Source of the DNA: Patescibacteria group bacterium
Lineage (GTDB): Bacteria; Patescibacteriota; Minisyncoccia; Phycocordibacterales; UBA2100
Length of the DNA stretch: 64,000 bases
Reading direction: 5' to 3'
Assembly: GCA_038064835.1 (NCBI GenBank)
Contig: JBBTSD010000006.1
Span: 7,669-71,668 of the forward strand
Positions 20,736-30,221 of this stretch are shown here, one piece after another. Both the position numbers and the translations under genes were made by a program. How positions within the stretch are numbered: the stretch's first letter is position 1; each line of letters opens with the position of its first letter. Under the pieces are notes generated by a model that was not told the origin of the DNA, did not search any database, and saw only the letters and a program-made list of their open reading frames with translations.

Positions 20736-22486
20736 TCGAGTCTAAGACTGCAGTGCGCATATACGATAATTCAAATCTCGCTGAAAGTTATGCTGGGGCG
20801 GTCGCACCACTCACGACCTCGTTTGCCAACAGCCTGTATGAAGGAGTGTATCGCCACTTTACAAGTTTTATGGGCGTCAGCACTGCAGATCAGCATCGGC
20901 ATGAAGCTATGTTTTCTCAGATGGTTGTGAGTATTGGTTATCATTTGTACTACGATCTACAAAACTGGTATACCCTGGTTTCATTGCTCCCTGGATACGC
21001 ATACAACAAATCCTTTTTTGAACATATGTTGGGAATTCCTCCAGGAGCAGGCGTAGTCGTTCCAAGTCACGCAAAAAGAAAGAAAGTGCGGAAAGCGCTT
21101 TCCTCGACGCGACTGGTAGTGCAACTTGCAAAAATTGCCCTTGTTTTTTGTGCCATGCCGATTCTCGTCGCGCGCTTTAATCGGCGCTTCGATCAAGTTT
21201 TTAAACAATTGAGTGGAATGAAATTAGCTGAATTGGATTATAAAGAACTATGCAACCACTACCAGAACATGCGCAGAGATTTAGTGCGCCTGTGGCGTGT
21301 ACCCATCGCAAATGACTTTGCAGTAATGGTGAGTACAGGGATCGCTCGTTCGCTTTACAAAAAATGGGCGCTCGATGATGAGTTTGTAACGCGACTGACT
21401 CTCCTGTCGCGGGCCAGTCTCTCAACTCTTGATCCAGGTCGTCTTTTGGTCAAGATGAAAAAACAAAGCGCGACTGATGCGACTATTTCGGCGCTCTTGG
21501 AGAGTCAGACAACAGCGAAAGAAGTCTATAAACGCTTGTGTCGTGAACATGCGGATACGGTGTGTGTAAAAAGTATCATTGCATACATAGCCCAATACGG
21601 TAGCCGTGTTCCAAACGAACTGAAGCTTGAAGCTGCCACATTACACGAGGAGCCAGAGCATATTGTCACCATGCTTCGCGCAATAGGAAATACCGACAGT
21701 GATCTTTTTCAAAACCGGGTTGCGGGTGGGGTTGGGTATGTGCCGTTGCGCATACCTGTGCAAGGGTTTTGGAAACAAAAGTTGCTGGCGTGGATGCTTG
21801 GTTGGGCTAGAGCCTCTATCCGTCGTCGAGAAGAAACACGATTACGGCGCACACAAATTTTTGGACATGCGCGTCAGGTTTTTCTAGCAACGGGGCAGCA
21901 TTTAATGAATGAGGGGATCATTGCATCAACAGCAGATGTGATGTTCCTTACGGCTCAAGAATTGTGCGCCGCGGACGCCACTTTCTTGTGGCGCACCCGT
22001 ATCGACGAGCGAAAAAAGAACATGTCTCGATGGGAGCAAATTTCGATGCCGACACGCATAGAGTCTGCAGATTCAATTCAGGAAATTGAGAAGAAAATTT
22101 TCTCGACTAGTGTCGCATCTGTATCAGCAACAACACCGCACCTCCTTCGTGGCGTTGTTGCTTCGCGGGCAGGGCGTACGACTGTTAGCGGTAAGGTGCT
22201 GGTTCTGCGCGAATTCGATCATAACGCAGACTTTCGCGATCGGATTTTGGTAACACGACATACCGATCCTGGGTGGACAGTGGTGTTTCCTTTGGTACGC
22301 GCCATCGTTGTCGAACGCGGAGGTATTCTTTCACACGCCTCCATTGTGGCGCGTGAGATGGGCATTCCGTGCCTCATAGGTGTGTCTACAGCAACCACGG
22401 ATATTCCGCAGAATGCAGAGATTGATATTAACCTTATCGATGGCCTTCTTTCTATTAGGGATGCTTCAAGGGTAACCATCACATAA
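20732..22486 (+). CDS. Dikinase substrate-binding plus phospho-His swivel domain protein
   Basis: NSNLAESY-x-G, ELKLE, TDPGW, GGILSHASIVAREMGIP; ATG overlaps upstream stop (alternative start 20723). Confidence 0.88.
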   Translation: MIESKTAVRIYDNSNLAESYAGAVAPLTTSFANSLYEGVYRHFTSFMGVSTADQHRHEAMFSQMVVSIGYHLYYDLQNWYTLVSLLPGYAYNKSFFEHMLGIPPGAGVVVPSHAKRKKVRKALSSTRLVVQLAKIALVFCAMPILVARFNRRFDQVFKQLSGMKLAELDYKELCNHYQNMRRDLVRLWRVPIANDFAVMVSTGIARSLYKKWALDDEFVTRLTLLSRASLSTLDPGRLLVKMKKQSATDATISALLESQTTAKEVYKRLCREHADTVCVKSIIAYIAQYGSRVPNELKLEAATLHEEPEHIVTMLRAIGNTDSDLFQNRVAGGVGYVPLRIPVQGFWKQKLLAWMLGWARASIRRREETRLRRTQIFGHARQVFLATGQHLMNEGIIASTADVMFLTAQELCAADATFLWRTRIDERKKNMSRWEQISMPTRIESADSIQEIEKKIFSTSVASVSATTPHLLRGVVASRAGRTTVSGKVLVLREFDHNADFRDRILVTRHTDPGWTVVFPLVRAIVVERGGILSHASIVAREMGIPCLIGVSTATTDIPQNAEIDINLIDGLLSIRDASRVTIT

Positions 22487-22488
22487 CT

Positions 22489-23088
22489 ATGAGAATTCCC
22501 TTACTGGTGTATCCACTTGCTTTGACCGGCTTAGCCTTCAGCCTTTCAGTGACGGCAATTTTTACTGTGGTGCGTGGTCATTTTTTTCTTTCATTTGGGT
22601 TTTTGCTTCTGGCATTTACCTGCGATGTATTGGATGGTTTTCTCGCACGGAGACTTACTGTCGTATCGGTGTTTGGCCGCGTGGCAGACAGTGTCGCAGA
22701 TGTTCCATTATATTTGATTTACCCCGTGTGCGTGATACTGACTATGTACGGCTTTAGCGCAGTCGCATTAGTCGGGTCGGTTATTTTTGTATGTGCAGGG
22801 ATATTTCGGCTCATTAGATTTTCTTACAAAGGATTTATAGGTCATGACGGCACATTTATGTACCAAGGGCTTCCCGTATTCGCCTCACTGCCGTGCATGG
22901 GCATGCTCTTGGCGAGCTATGGATACGCACTGCAGCCGTCTGGTTTTGTAGTTCAATTTGTCGGCGTGTGCGTAAGTCTTCTGATGGTAAGTACTATTCC
23001 TGTACCAAAACCCACCCATCCAACCCAGATTGCGGTGATTGTTAGTGTAGCCTTCAGTGGAGGTCTGATACTCTTATGGATTGGTTAG
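22489..23088 (+). CDS. CDP-alcohol phosphatidyltransferase (PssA-like)
   Basis: DVLDGFLAR...G-x3-DSVAD signature; RLIRF, YQGLP, LMVS. Confidence 0.9.
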   Translation: MRIPLLVYPLALTGLAFSLSVTAIFTVVRGHFFLSFGFLLLAFTCDVLDGFLARRLTVVSVFGRVADSVADVPLYLIYPVCVILTMYGFSAVALVGSVIFVCAGIFRLIRFSYKGFIGHDGTFMYQGLPVFASLPCMGMLLASYGYALQPSGFVVQFVGVCVSLLMVSTIPVPKPTHPTQIAVIVSVAFSGGLILLWIG

Positions 23089-24074
23089 CGTATCTTGACG
23101 AGCAACGCCACACCGCTCAGTACGAAAGTCTGTTGTTACGCACTTACAATGATCACCCTGCGTTTGGTCATGCGCGGCTATCCTCTTTCCGACGCTTTCT
23201 TTCTTTGGAAAACCCTGCGCGAGAGTTTGTTAGGTGGAAAAATGTACTGGTAGTGCGCGCAGACGCAATTCACGCTCACGCCTGCATTTCTGTCGATTCG
23301 CGAGACACCGGCGTTGCTCATGTGGGTTTTGTAGACTTTGATTCCGGGCAATCGTGCGAGCGTCTCTTTGAAGCAATTGACATTGCTGCTCGCGACTTAG
23401 GAGCCCACACACTTCGCGGACCAATCAACTTCAATTCCTGGCAAGAATTTCGGTGTATTACACGCGACTCTGGAGCCCCGCCTTTTTTCCTTGAACCGGC
23501 TTTACATGAAAGAAGCGAAATTTGGCGCGGGCATGGATTCATGCCAAAAGTTTCCTACCTTTCTCTTGGGCAAAGTGTTCAGCAGGCGCCTTTTGGAGAC
23601 AGGGAGACACCGGGTATAACCATCGAGCGACTTACCCCAAGCATGGCATTTCAAGCTGTTCCTGGGCTTCATTCGGTGGCGCTGGACGCGTTCGGAAGTA
23701 CCTGGGATTTTATCCCCATCTCGTTGGCAGAATTTTCGTATCTCTACCAACCTGCTCTTGCGCAGAGTGGTACCTTTCTGATTCTTGTTGCTCGAGACGA
23801 GCAACAGAAGATTGTGGGTTTTTTTGTCGGAGCGCCTGATGTATACGACAAGGGACAAAAAACACTGGTACTGAAATCAGTAGCAGTTCTTCGTAGTCAC
23901 AAACGGCAAGGAGTCGGCACCGCACTTTTCTTGGCTGTGCACCGCTTTGCTCTCGCACAAGGGTTTGATCGCTATATTTACTCTACAATGCAGGATGAAA
24001 ATATGGCTATACAGAATCTGGTGGGAGCTGGTGAATTTATACGCGCGTACGAAGTGGGTGAGAAAGCACTATGA
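23076..24074 (+). CDS. GNAT-family acyltransferase
   Basis: AV-x4-RQGVGTAL acyl-CoA motif; N-domain with LRGP. Confidence 0.8.
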   Translation: MDWLAYLDEQRHTAQYESLLLRTYNDHPAFGHARLSSFRRFLSLENPAREFVRWKNVLVVRADAIHAHACISVDSRDTGVAHVGFVDFDSGQSCERLFEAIDIAARDLGAHTLRGPINFNSWQEFRCITRDSGAPPFFLEPALHERSEIWRGHGFMPKVSYLSLGQSVQQAPFGDRETPGITIERLTPSMAFQAVPGLHSVALDAFGSTWDFIPISLAEFSYLYQPALAQSGTFLILVARDEQQKIVGFFVGAPDVYDKGQKTLVLKSVAVLRSHKRQGVGTALFLAVHRFALAQGFDRYIYSTMQDENMAIQNLVGAGEFIRAYEVGEKAL

Positions 24075-24739
24075 TTTTTGACATAGCGATTATCCTGGCA
24101 GTGTATGGCGGTATTGTCTGTGTTACCGAGATTTTAGGGCGACATGGTGTACTCATACTACTTACCCGAAAGTATGCGCACGCACTTTCCGGCGTTGCGG
24201 CGGCGCTTCTCCCGTTTGCAGTCGAAAAAAATAGTGCGCTGGCATGTGGCATTGTTGGTGCAATTATCTTAGGATTTCTTGTACTGAAAGGATATCTGCC
24301 AGCAATTGGATCTCACGGCGTCTTTGATGTGGGCGTTGTTATGTTTCCGTTAGGGTTATCGCTCTGCGCCTTCTTGTTTTGGAGCGACACCAATTTTCTT
24401 GCCTATCAGTATGCCGCTCTCATGCTGGGATTACCCGATGCGGTAGCTGGTATCGTGGGAACGCGGTATGGGGGGAACTTTTTCAAACGCTACAGTACGA
24501 AATCATTTGAAGGAAGCGCCGCTTTTTTTGCCACGGCTTTTTTTCTCTCCATCTTCTTTCTTACTACCGGAGTGGGAATTTCTTTAGGCATTGCGGTCGC
24601 TTATGCGGCGCTTGCAGGGCTAATTCTTGCTGTCATTGAGGGGGTGTCCCGATGGGGGACAGACAACCTCACTGTGCCGCTTGCCGCAGGTACTCTCGTC
24701 TTTTCATTGTTAAAAACTTTTGTAACCGTAGTGTTGTAG
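24071..24739 (+). CDS. CTP-dependent polyprenol/phytol/dolichol kinase family
   Basis: RKYAH, DAVAGIVG, KSFEGS, DNLTVP. Confidence 0.88.
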   Translation: MIFDIAIILAVYGGIVCVTEILGRHGVLILLTRKYAHALSGVAAALLPFAVEKNSALACGIVGAIILGFLVLKGYLPAIGSHGVFDVGVVMFPLGLSLCAFLFWSDTNFLAYQYAALMLGLPDAVAGIVGTRYGGNFFKRYSTKSFEGSAAFFATAFFLSIFFLTTGVGISLGIAVAYAALAGLILAVIEGVSRWGTDNLTVPLAAGTLVFSLLKTFVTVVL

Positions 24740-25237
24740 AAAAATATTGACCGCACTATGCGCTAAAATTCCGGCGCAAAAAAACAGGAGCAATTGCTGG
24801 ACAGGTGGGTGCTCAATAAAATAAATTGCAACAGTTGCCACAAGCACGGAATCAATGTGATCTACACCCAAGAAAAAGAAGCCCAAAAGCCCGCTACCTC
24901 GCCCGCTTTCGGGAATTCCGATTCGTCGTTTCAGAAAACTGTTTGGGAGCTCCCCAAGCATATATACTGCGCCAACAAGAAACCCAGTTAAAACAAAATA
25001 AATTCCTGGGCCAGTGGCAAAAAGTGCACAGAAAGGCGTGAAAACTGCAGATAAGAAAGCAACTGACAGTACGCCGCGAATAGTTTTGCGAGATCCAAAA
25101 ATTGAACTAGACCCAATTTTCCACCCAGCATCAATAGGTATTGTAAATGTAGAAAAAAGGTTGTTGGGTATAATTAGGACTTGATGTACTAGGTTAGCTA
25201 AAAAAAGAGGAATGCCATACACGACAAGTATTTCCAT
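24710..25237 (-). CDS. CarS-like CDP-archaeol synthase family cytidylyltransferase
   Basis: PID-x-G, IFGSRKTIRG, GELPNSFLKRRIGI, DHIDS; start ATG 25237. Confidence 0.85.
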   Translation of the reverse strand: MEILVVYGIPLFLANLVHQVLIIPNNLFSTFTIPIDAGWKIGSSSIFGSRKTIRGVLSVAFLSAVFTPFCALFATGPGIYFVLTGFLVGAVYMLGELPNSFLKRRIGIPESGRGSGLLGFFFLGVDHIDSVLVATVAIYFIEHPPVQQLLLFFCAGILAHSAVNIFLQHYGYKSF

Positions 25238-25308
25238 AGGCGTAGTATATATCCACAACTCAAGCGTTTTACTGTTGCAACTTAATCGCTCGGGTCCATA
25301 CTACACTT

Positions 25309-26358
25309 ATGGACCGTATCATGGAGATTTTGCGTGCGGGGCCACCTATTTTAGCCGACAAAACTCTCACTGGTGGCGGGCTCCTTATGGTAGCAATCGT
25401 GGTTTTGGCGACCGCTATTTTTTTACTGATTTTTGCGCATCACGAAAAAAATTGGTTCAAGCATTACTTGGCGATCGCTGTTGGAGTGTTTATTTTTGAA
25501 ATTTTCACCTCACCTATGTGGATAAATAACCATTTAGGAGAGTTTGGCTACGCCTACCAAGATGTCAGCTGGGTACTTACCCTTGGTTGGTCTACGCTTA
25601 TGCTCAGTATTGTATTTGCCGTCGATTATGTCTGGGGTCACCTGCATGCCTGGAAGAGGTTCCTTGGCTACATCGCAGGCATGAGCGTATTTGGCTTTTT
25701 GGCTGAAATGTTGGTGATGAATCTTGGACTGCGTAGCTATTCACCTGAAATAGCACAGGCAATTTCCGGTCTGTATTTTGTAAACACTCCCGTCGATGCG
25801 CTCTATTACATTCCCGTCTTTAGCGCACTTGTCCTCGGCCTGTACAAGTACTGGACGCTCATCATAGACAATCGCGCTGTTGTGCCGATGCGTGGCGGTT
25901 GGGGACGGAGGTTTGCGCTCACTGCCATCGCAGTGTTTCTTTTCGAATTTATGATTGAACCCATGGTAATAAATACGAATTTTCCTGCGTGGTCATACAT
26001 TTTCCACGACATTTCAATCCTACTCACTTTTGGCTGGACTGCCCTGGTGTGGTTCTCAATCTATGTCGTCGAAGCGCTGTGGCCCAATTTTGACCTTAAG
26101 GAGAAATTTTTTCTGTATCTTGGCGTTATAGGTATTTTTGCACTGCCATTCGAAACTTACCTTCTTACGGCAGGGTATCGCATTTACGAAGGTACCTCAG
26201 CCGGTGATGCCTTTAGTGGCATCTTTTTACCATTACTACACACGCCGATTGAAGTCGCGATGGCGATACCACTTTACTTTGCGCTGGTACTGGGATTCAT
26301 TGGTGCTTGGGACATCATGCTGGTCAACCCGCTTATAAGGAGACAAAAAACCCTCTAG
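25309..26358 (+). CDS. Polytopic membrane protein with internal duplication
   Basis: Repeat: FEIFTSPMWINNH...YQDVSWVLTLGW vs FEFMIEPMVINTN...FHDISILLTFGW. Confidence 0.8.
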   Translation: MDRIMEILRAGPPILADKTLTGGGLLMVAIVVLATAIFLLIFAHHEKNWFKHYLAIAVGVFIFEIFTSPMWINNHLGEFGYAYQDVSWVLTLGWSTLMLSIVFAVDYVWGHLHAWKRFLGYIAGMSVFGFLAEMLVMNLGLRSYSPEIAQAISGLYFVNTPVDALYYIPVFSALVLGLYKYWTLIIDNRAVVPMRGGWGRRFALTAIAVFLFEFMIEPMVINTNFPAWSYIFHDISILLTFGWTALVWFSIYVVEALWPNFDLKEKFFLYLGVIGIFALPFETYLLTAGYRIYEGTSAGDAFSGIFLPLLHTPIEVAMAIPLYFALVLGFIGAWDIMLVNPLIRRQKTL

Positions 26359-26361
26359 TAT

Positions 26362-26775
26362 ATGCACAGAGCACTAAAATGGCTGGTAATTTTAGGACTT
26401 GTTGCTGCTGGACTTGCGATGGCTATGCCATTTATAGCTGGCTTTTTGATGGAAATTTTATGCGGTGGTGTAGTCGCAATTGTTGGGCCCGCAGCGTACA
26501 TCGGTAATTTTCTGGGCCCTGTTGCTGGCGGAGGTACTGTTGCATTTCTGGTTGGTCTAGTAATCTGGATCGGCTATCTAGTGATTAGGTATGTGCGGAA
26601 GCGCAAAAAAGATGCGACGATTATTAACACTGTTGAAAACGCGCTACACAAGAATATTGCCTATGTTAAATCTGCGCGCGCAGAGGGTATGTCTGATGTC
26701 CAGATACGCACTGTTTTCCATAATGGCGGTTGGAGTGCTGAAGAAACCGATAAGGTTTTCGCACTAGCCGCCTGA
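26362..26775 (+). CDS. Hypothetical membrane protein with small C-terminal helical domain
   Basis: TM N-terminus; GMSDVQIRTVF-x2-GGWS tail; operonic spacing. Confidence 0.7.
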   Translation: MHRALKWLVILGLVAAGLAMAMPFIAGFLMEILCGGVVAIVGPAAYIGNFLGPVAGGGTVAFLVGLVIWIGYLVIRYVRKRKKDATIINTVENALHKNIAYVKSARAEGMSDVQIRTVFHNGGWSAEETDKVFALAA

Positions 26776-26782
26776 TAATCCT

Positions 26783-28123
26783 ATGTCGCCCCGTACACAG
26801 ATTCTCTGTTTCGGGGCATTATTTGCTTTTCCTGCACTCGGCTTTTTTTTTCTGAATCTCGTCGATGATAAGCCTCTGCCAAATAGCGACGGTAGTGCTG
26901 TCGTACAGGAGTGGCTTGGAATGTTTACTCTTCTTACGCAAAAAACTTTTGGCTTCACTCCGCCCGTTGCCGCGCGTGCTTTTGGCTATGCCGGAATCAG
27001 TCTGTATGAAAGCGTGCGCTTCGCCACGCCCGGTTCAAAAAGTCTGGCAGGACAGCTGAATGGGCTCGATGCAACTTTTCTTACGGATCTTGATAGTTCA
27101 AAAACATATAACTGGAATATTGTTGCGAACGCAAATTTGGCAACCATGGCACGAGCATTATACCCAAATGCAACCCCTGTGTACCAGAAAAAAGTTGCGA
27201 AGCTTGAGAGAGATTTGCTTGCGATCTATGCGCGCGGGGTTGATTTTCATGTTGCCGCCGACTCCATCGCGCTCGGGGTTACAATTGCAAATGCGGTGAT
27301 CGTATACGCAGAAACTGACGGACAAAGTCTGGCGTACATGAAAAATTTTCCTACAACCTATACGCTGCCAGTGGGCGATGGTATGTGGGTGCCAACTCCG
27401 CGTGCACACAAAGGCGCGCTTCAGCCCAAATGGGGAGATGTCAGGCCATTTTTGCTAAAAAATGTCTCAGAAACCATGCCTCCACCTCCACCTACATACT
27501 CCACAAACCCACTATCTCCATTCTTTCTTGAAGTACAAGAAGTTTATGATGTTGGAAAAAATCTGACCATTGAACAGCGTGCCATTGCTGAATTTTGGAA
27601 CGATGAACCCATGAAAACACCAACACCACCTGGTCACTCAGTTGCGCTATTGCGGCAAGTGCTTGATGAACAGGATGCGACACTTCACACTGCGGCGATT
27701 GCGTTTGCAAAAATAGGTATTGGTCTGCATGACTCTTTCGTCGCTTGCTGGCGGGCAAAATATACCTACAACCTAATCAGACCCATTACTGTCATTCGGG
27801 AGCACATTGATTCGTCGTTCGATATCCCTTTGGACACGCCACCGTTTCCGGAATATCCATCGGGGCACTCTGTGCAATCCGCCGCATCGGCTCGGATTCT
27901 CTCTAATCTTTTCGGCGAGAAGTATCATTTTGTCGACAGAACGCATAATGGGCGCACGGATATGCATGCGGACACTCGCACATTCGCTTCCTTTGACGCC
28001 TTCGCTCGTGAAGCAGCTGAAAGCCGGCTTTATGGCGGTATTCATTTCCGTTCGGCCATAGAACGCGGCTTGGAACAAGGAAGGCTCATAGGAGAAAATG
28101 TGAACAAGTTGGTATTCCAATAG
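26783..28123 (+). CDS. Vanadium haloperoxidase / PAP2-superfamily protein, membrane-anchored
   Basis: K-x6-RP, PPFPEYPSGH, SRLYGGIHF. Confidence 0.88.
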   Translation: MSPRTQILCFGALFAFPALGFFFLNLVDDKPLPNSDGSAVVQEWLGMFTLLTQKTFGFTPPVAARAFGYAGISLYESVRFATPGSKSLAGQLNGLDATFLTDLDSSKTYNWNIVANANLATMARALYPNATPVYQKKVAKLERDLLAIYARGVDFHVAADSIALGVTIANAVIVYAETDGQSLAYMKNFPTTYTLPVGDGMWVPTPRAHKGALQPKWGDVRPFLLKNVSETMPPPPPTYSTNPLSPFFLEVQEVYDVGKNLTIEQRAIAEFWNDEPMKTPTPPGHSVALLRQVLDEQDATLHTAAIAFAKIGIGLHDSFVACWRAKYTYNLIRPITVIREHIDSSFDIPLDTPPFPEYPSGHSVQSAASARILSNLFGEKYHFVDRTHNGRTDMHADTRTFASFDAFAREAAESRLYGGIHFRSAIERGLEQGRLIGENVNKLVFQ

Positions 28124-28184
28124 GCGACTAGTCTAGCCGATCTAGTCCATTGTAAAAAACAAGAAACCATGGCATGATTTCGCG

Positions 28185-29288
28185 ATGTCACTTTCTATTG
28201 GCATTGTCGGTCTGCCGAATGTCGGAAAATCCACCTTGTTTACTGCGCTCACCAAAAAGAGTGTTTTGATTGCAAATTATCCTTTTGCGACCATCGACCC
28301 TTCAGTGGGAGTTGTCGCGGTTCCAGATGAACGATTACAAAATCTCAGTCGCATGAGTAATTCAACAAAAATAGTTCCTGCGGCCGTCGAGTTTGTTGAT
28401 ATTGCCGGATTGGTGCGTGGTGCATCCGAAGGCGAAGGGCTCGGCAATCAATTCCTTTCGAATATCCGCGAAGTGGACGCCATTGCCGAAGTGGTACGCC
28501 TTTTCGATGATCCAGACATTACCCATGTGCACGGCAGTATCGATCCACTTCACGATGTTGAAGTTATTAATCTCGAGTTGGTCTTGGCAGATTTGCAGGC
28601 AGTCAGCAAACGCCTTGATCGTGTGGTGCGCGAGGCGCGCTCAGGCGACAAAGAGGCACAACTCGAGGCTGATGCACTCAAAAAACTGAGCGATGTGCTA
28701 GAAAAAGGAAAGTTGGCGAGTACAGCGGTGTTGACCGAGATGGAAGCAAAATTAGTACCTTCTTTTCATTTGCTTTCAAACAAGCCGATTTTGTATGTGC
28801 TGAATAAAAAGAGCGGAGCGATTAATGTTGATGCTGAAAATGCAGAGCGCTGGCGAGTGCTCCAGCGATTCTTTGAGGAAAGCGGGGGCAAGTTTGTCAC
28901 TGTGGATGCAGCCTCGGAACATGAATTGAGTGAGGTGCATGATGACGAGCGTGCGCAATTCCGTCGCGATTTGGGCATACACGACGGGGGAGTAGACGGG
29001 CTTATTCGCGCAGGATACGAACTTCTCGATCTTATTTCATACTTCACAACTGGGGAAAAAGAAACCCGCGCATGGACCATTCGTCGCGGGATGACCGCGC
29101 CGGAGGCCGCGGGGGTAATCCATACTGATTTCAAAGACAAATTTATCCGTGCGGATGTCATTCGGTGGGATGATCTGGTACGCGAAGGTTCGTGGGCTGC
29201 TGCGCGCGAAAAGGGGATGGTGCGCACCGAAGGCAAGGACTATGTCGTGCAAGACGGAGATGTTATGGAGTTTCGGCACGGAGCATAG
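28185..29288 (+). CDS. ychF: Ribosome-binding ATPase YchF
   Basis: GLPNVGKST, NYPFATI, DIAGLV, EGKDYVVQDGD. Confidence 0.97.
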   Translation: MSLSIGIVGLPNVGKSTLFTALTKKSVLIANYPFATIDPSVGVVAVPDERLQNLSRMSNSTKIVPAAVEFVDIAGLVRGASEGEGLGNQFLSNIREVDAIAEVVRLFDDPDITHVHGSIDPLHDVEVINLELVLADLQAVSKRLDRVVREARSGDKEAQLEADALKKLSDVLEKGKLASTAVLTEMEAKLVPSFHLLSNKPILYVLNKKSGAINVDAENAERWRVLQRFFEESGGKFVTVDAASEHELSEVHDDERAQFRRDLGIHDGGVDGLIRAGYELLDLISYFTTGEKETRAWTIRRGMTAPEAAGVIHTDFKDKFIRADVIRWDDLVREGSWAAAREKGMVRTEGKDYVVQDGDVMEFRHGA

Positions 29289-29360
29289 CCAGCCTGCCTG
29301 CAACCTTGCGGAAAAGTGGCGTGGCGTCTAGGATGTGATTAGAACACGAAAGGACGGATT

Positions 29361-30176
29361 GTGGCATACACGCGCGGACGGAAAGAGTACGAGGGAAAGA
29401 CGCAAATTGTGTGGGAGGTCGTTGAAGACCCTGCGCTTGTCATTCTCGAGCAAAAAGATGTTGTCACCGCACACAATATCCATTCAGAAGAGGCGCTCCA
29501 CAAAGGAATCTTTGTTGCGACTATCGCCGAAAGCTGTGCGCGTTTCCTCGGTATCTATAATGTGCCGACGGCATTTCTGCGGCGGCACGACGAGCGCTCG
29601 CTGGTCATGTTTCGGTGCAAAATGCTCGACCTGGAGATTGTCATTCGCAAGCGCGCATTTGGGCAGATTCTCAAACGCATGCCGGTTCTCACAAAAGGCG
29701 AAAAGTTTGAGGTACCTCTTACTGAGTTGTATCTCAAGACCACAGGTGGACGATGGCGCGATCGCAAGTTTCCGGTCGAAGACCCGTTACTGGTTTTGCC
29801 TGAAGAGGGCGATGCGACAGTACATCTGCCCAATGCCGAACTAAACGGCCGCAGTCTGGACAAGATCTCCTTCACTGCTCACGAGCGCCAAGCAATCGAC
29901 GAAGCAGTGGTACTTTCTCAAATCGCGTTCTCACTTTTGACTGACGCCTGGAAGGGTCTGGGACTTGATTTGGTTGATGCCAAAATGGAATGTGGCTGGA
30001 CCTCACACGGTACGCTGATGGTCGCTGATGTGATCGGCCCTGACTCGTGGCGGATGCTCAGTCGTACCGGCAGGCATTTCGACAAACAGCCCTATCGAGA
30101 TGGAGGCACCAAGGCGCTGCCGGATATGATGCGCCAATATCGAGCGCTCGCAGACCTTTCTCAGCGTCTGGTCTGA
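29361..30176 (+). CDS. purC: SAICAR synthetase-like protein (divergent)
   Basis: EGKT, KD-x2-TA, LVDAKMECG, ADVI-x-PDSWR, DKQPYRD. Confidence 0.75.
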   Translation: MAYTRGRKEYEGKTQIVWEVVEDPALVILEQKDVVTAHNIHSEEALHKGIFVATIAESCARFLGIYNVPTAFLRRHDERSLVMFRCKMLDLEIVIRKRAFGQILKRMPVLTKGEKFEVPLTELYLKTTGGRWRDRKFPVEDPLLVLPEEGDATVHLPNAELNGRSLDKISFTAHERQAIDEAVVLSQIAFSLLTDAWKGLGLDLVDAKMECGWTSHGTLMVADVIGPDSWRMLSRTGRHFDKQPYRDGGTKALPDMMRQYRALADLSQRLV

Positions 30177-30178
30177 AC

Positions 30179-30203
30179 AAAGCCCCTATCTTAGGGGCTT
30201 TTT
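30179..30203 (+). terminator. Terminator after purC-like gene
   Basis: AAAGCCCCTA-tct-TAGGGGCTTTTT. Confidence 0.85.
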
Positions 30204-30221
30204 CTATGGTATACTCACAAT

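Noticed and set aside
19071-22486. Pseudogenised ppsA or rifampin resistance gene
   Set aside because: Both halves are intact and separated by a whole gene; context is lipid-related and the substrate cannot be inferred
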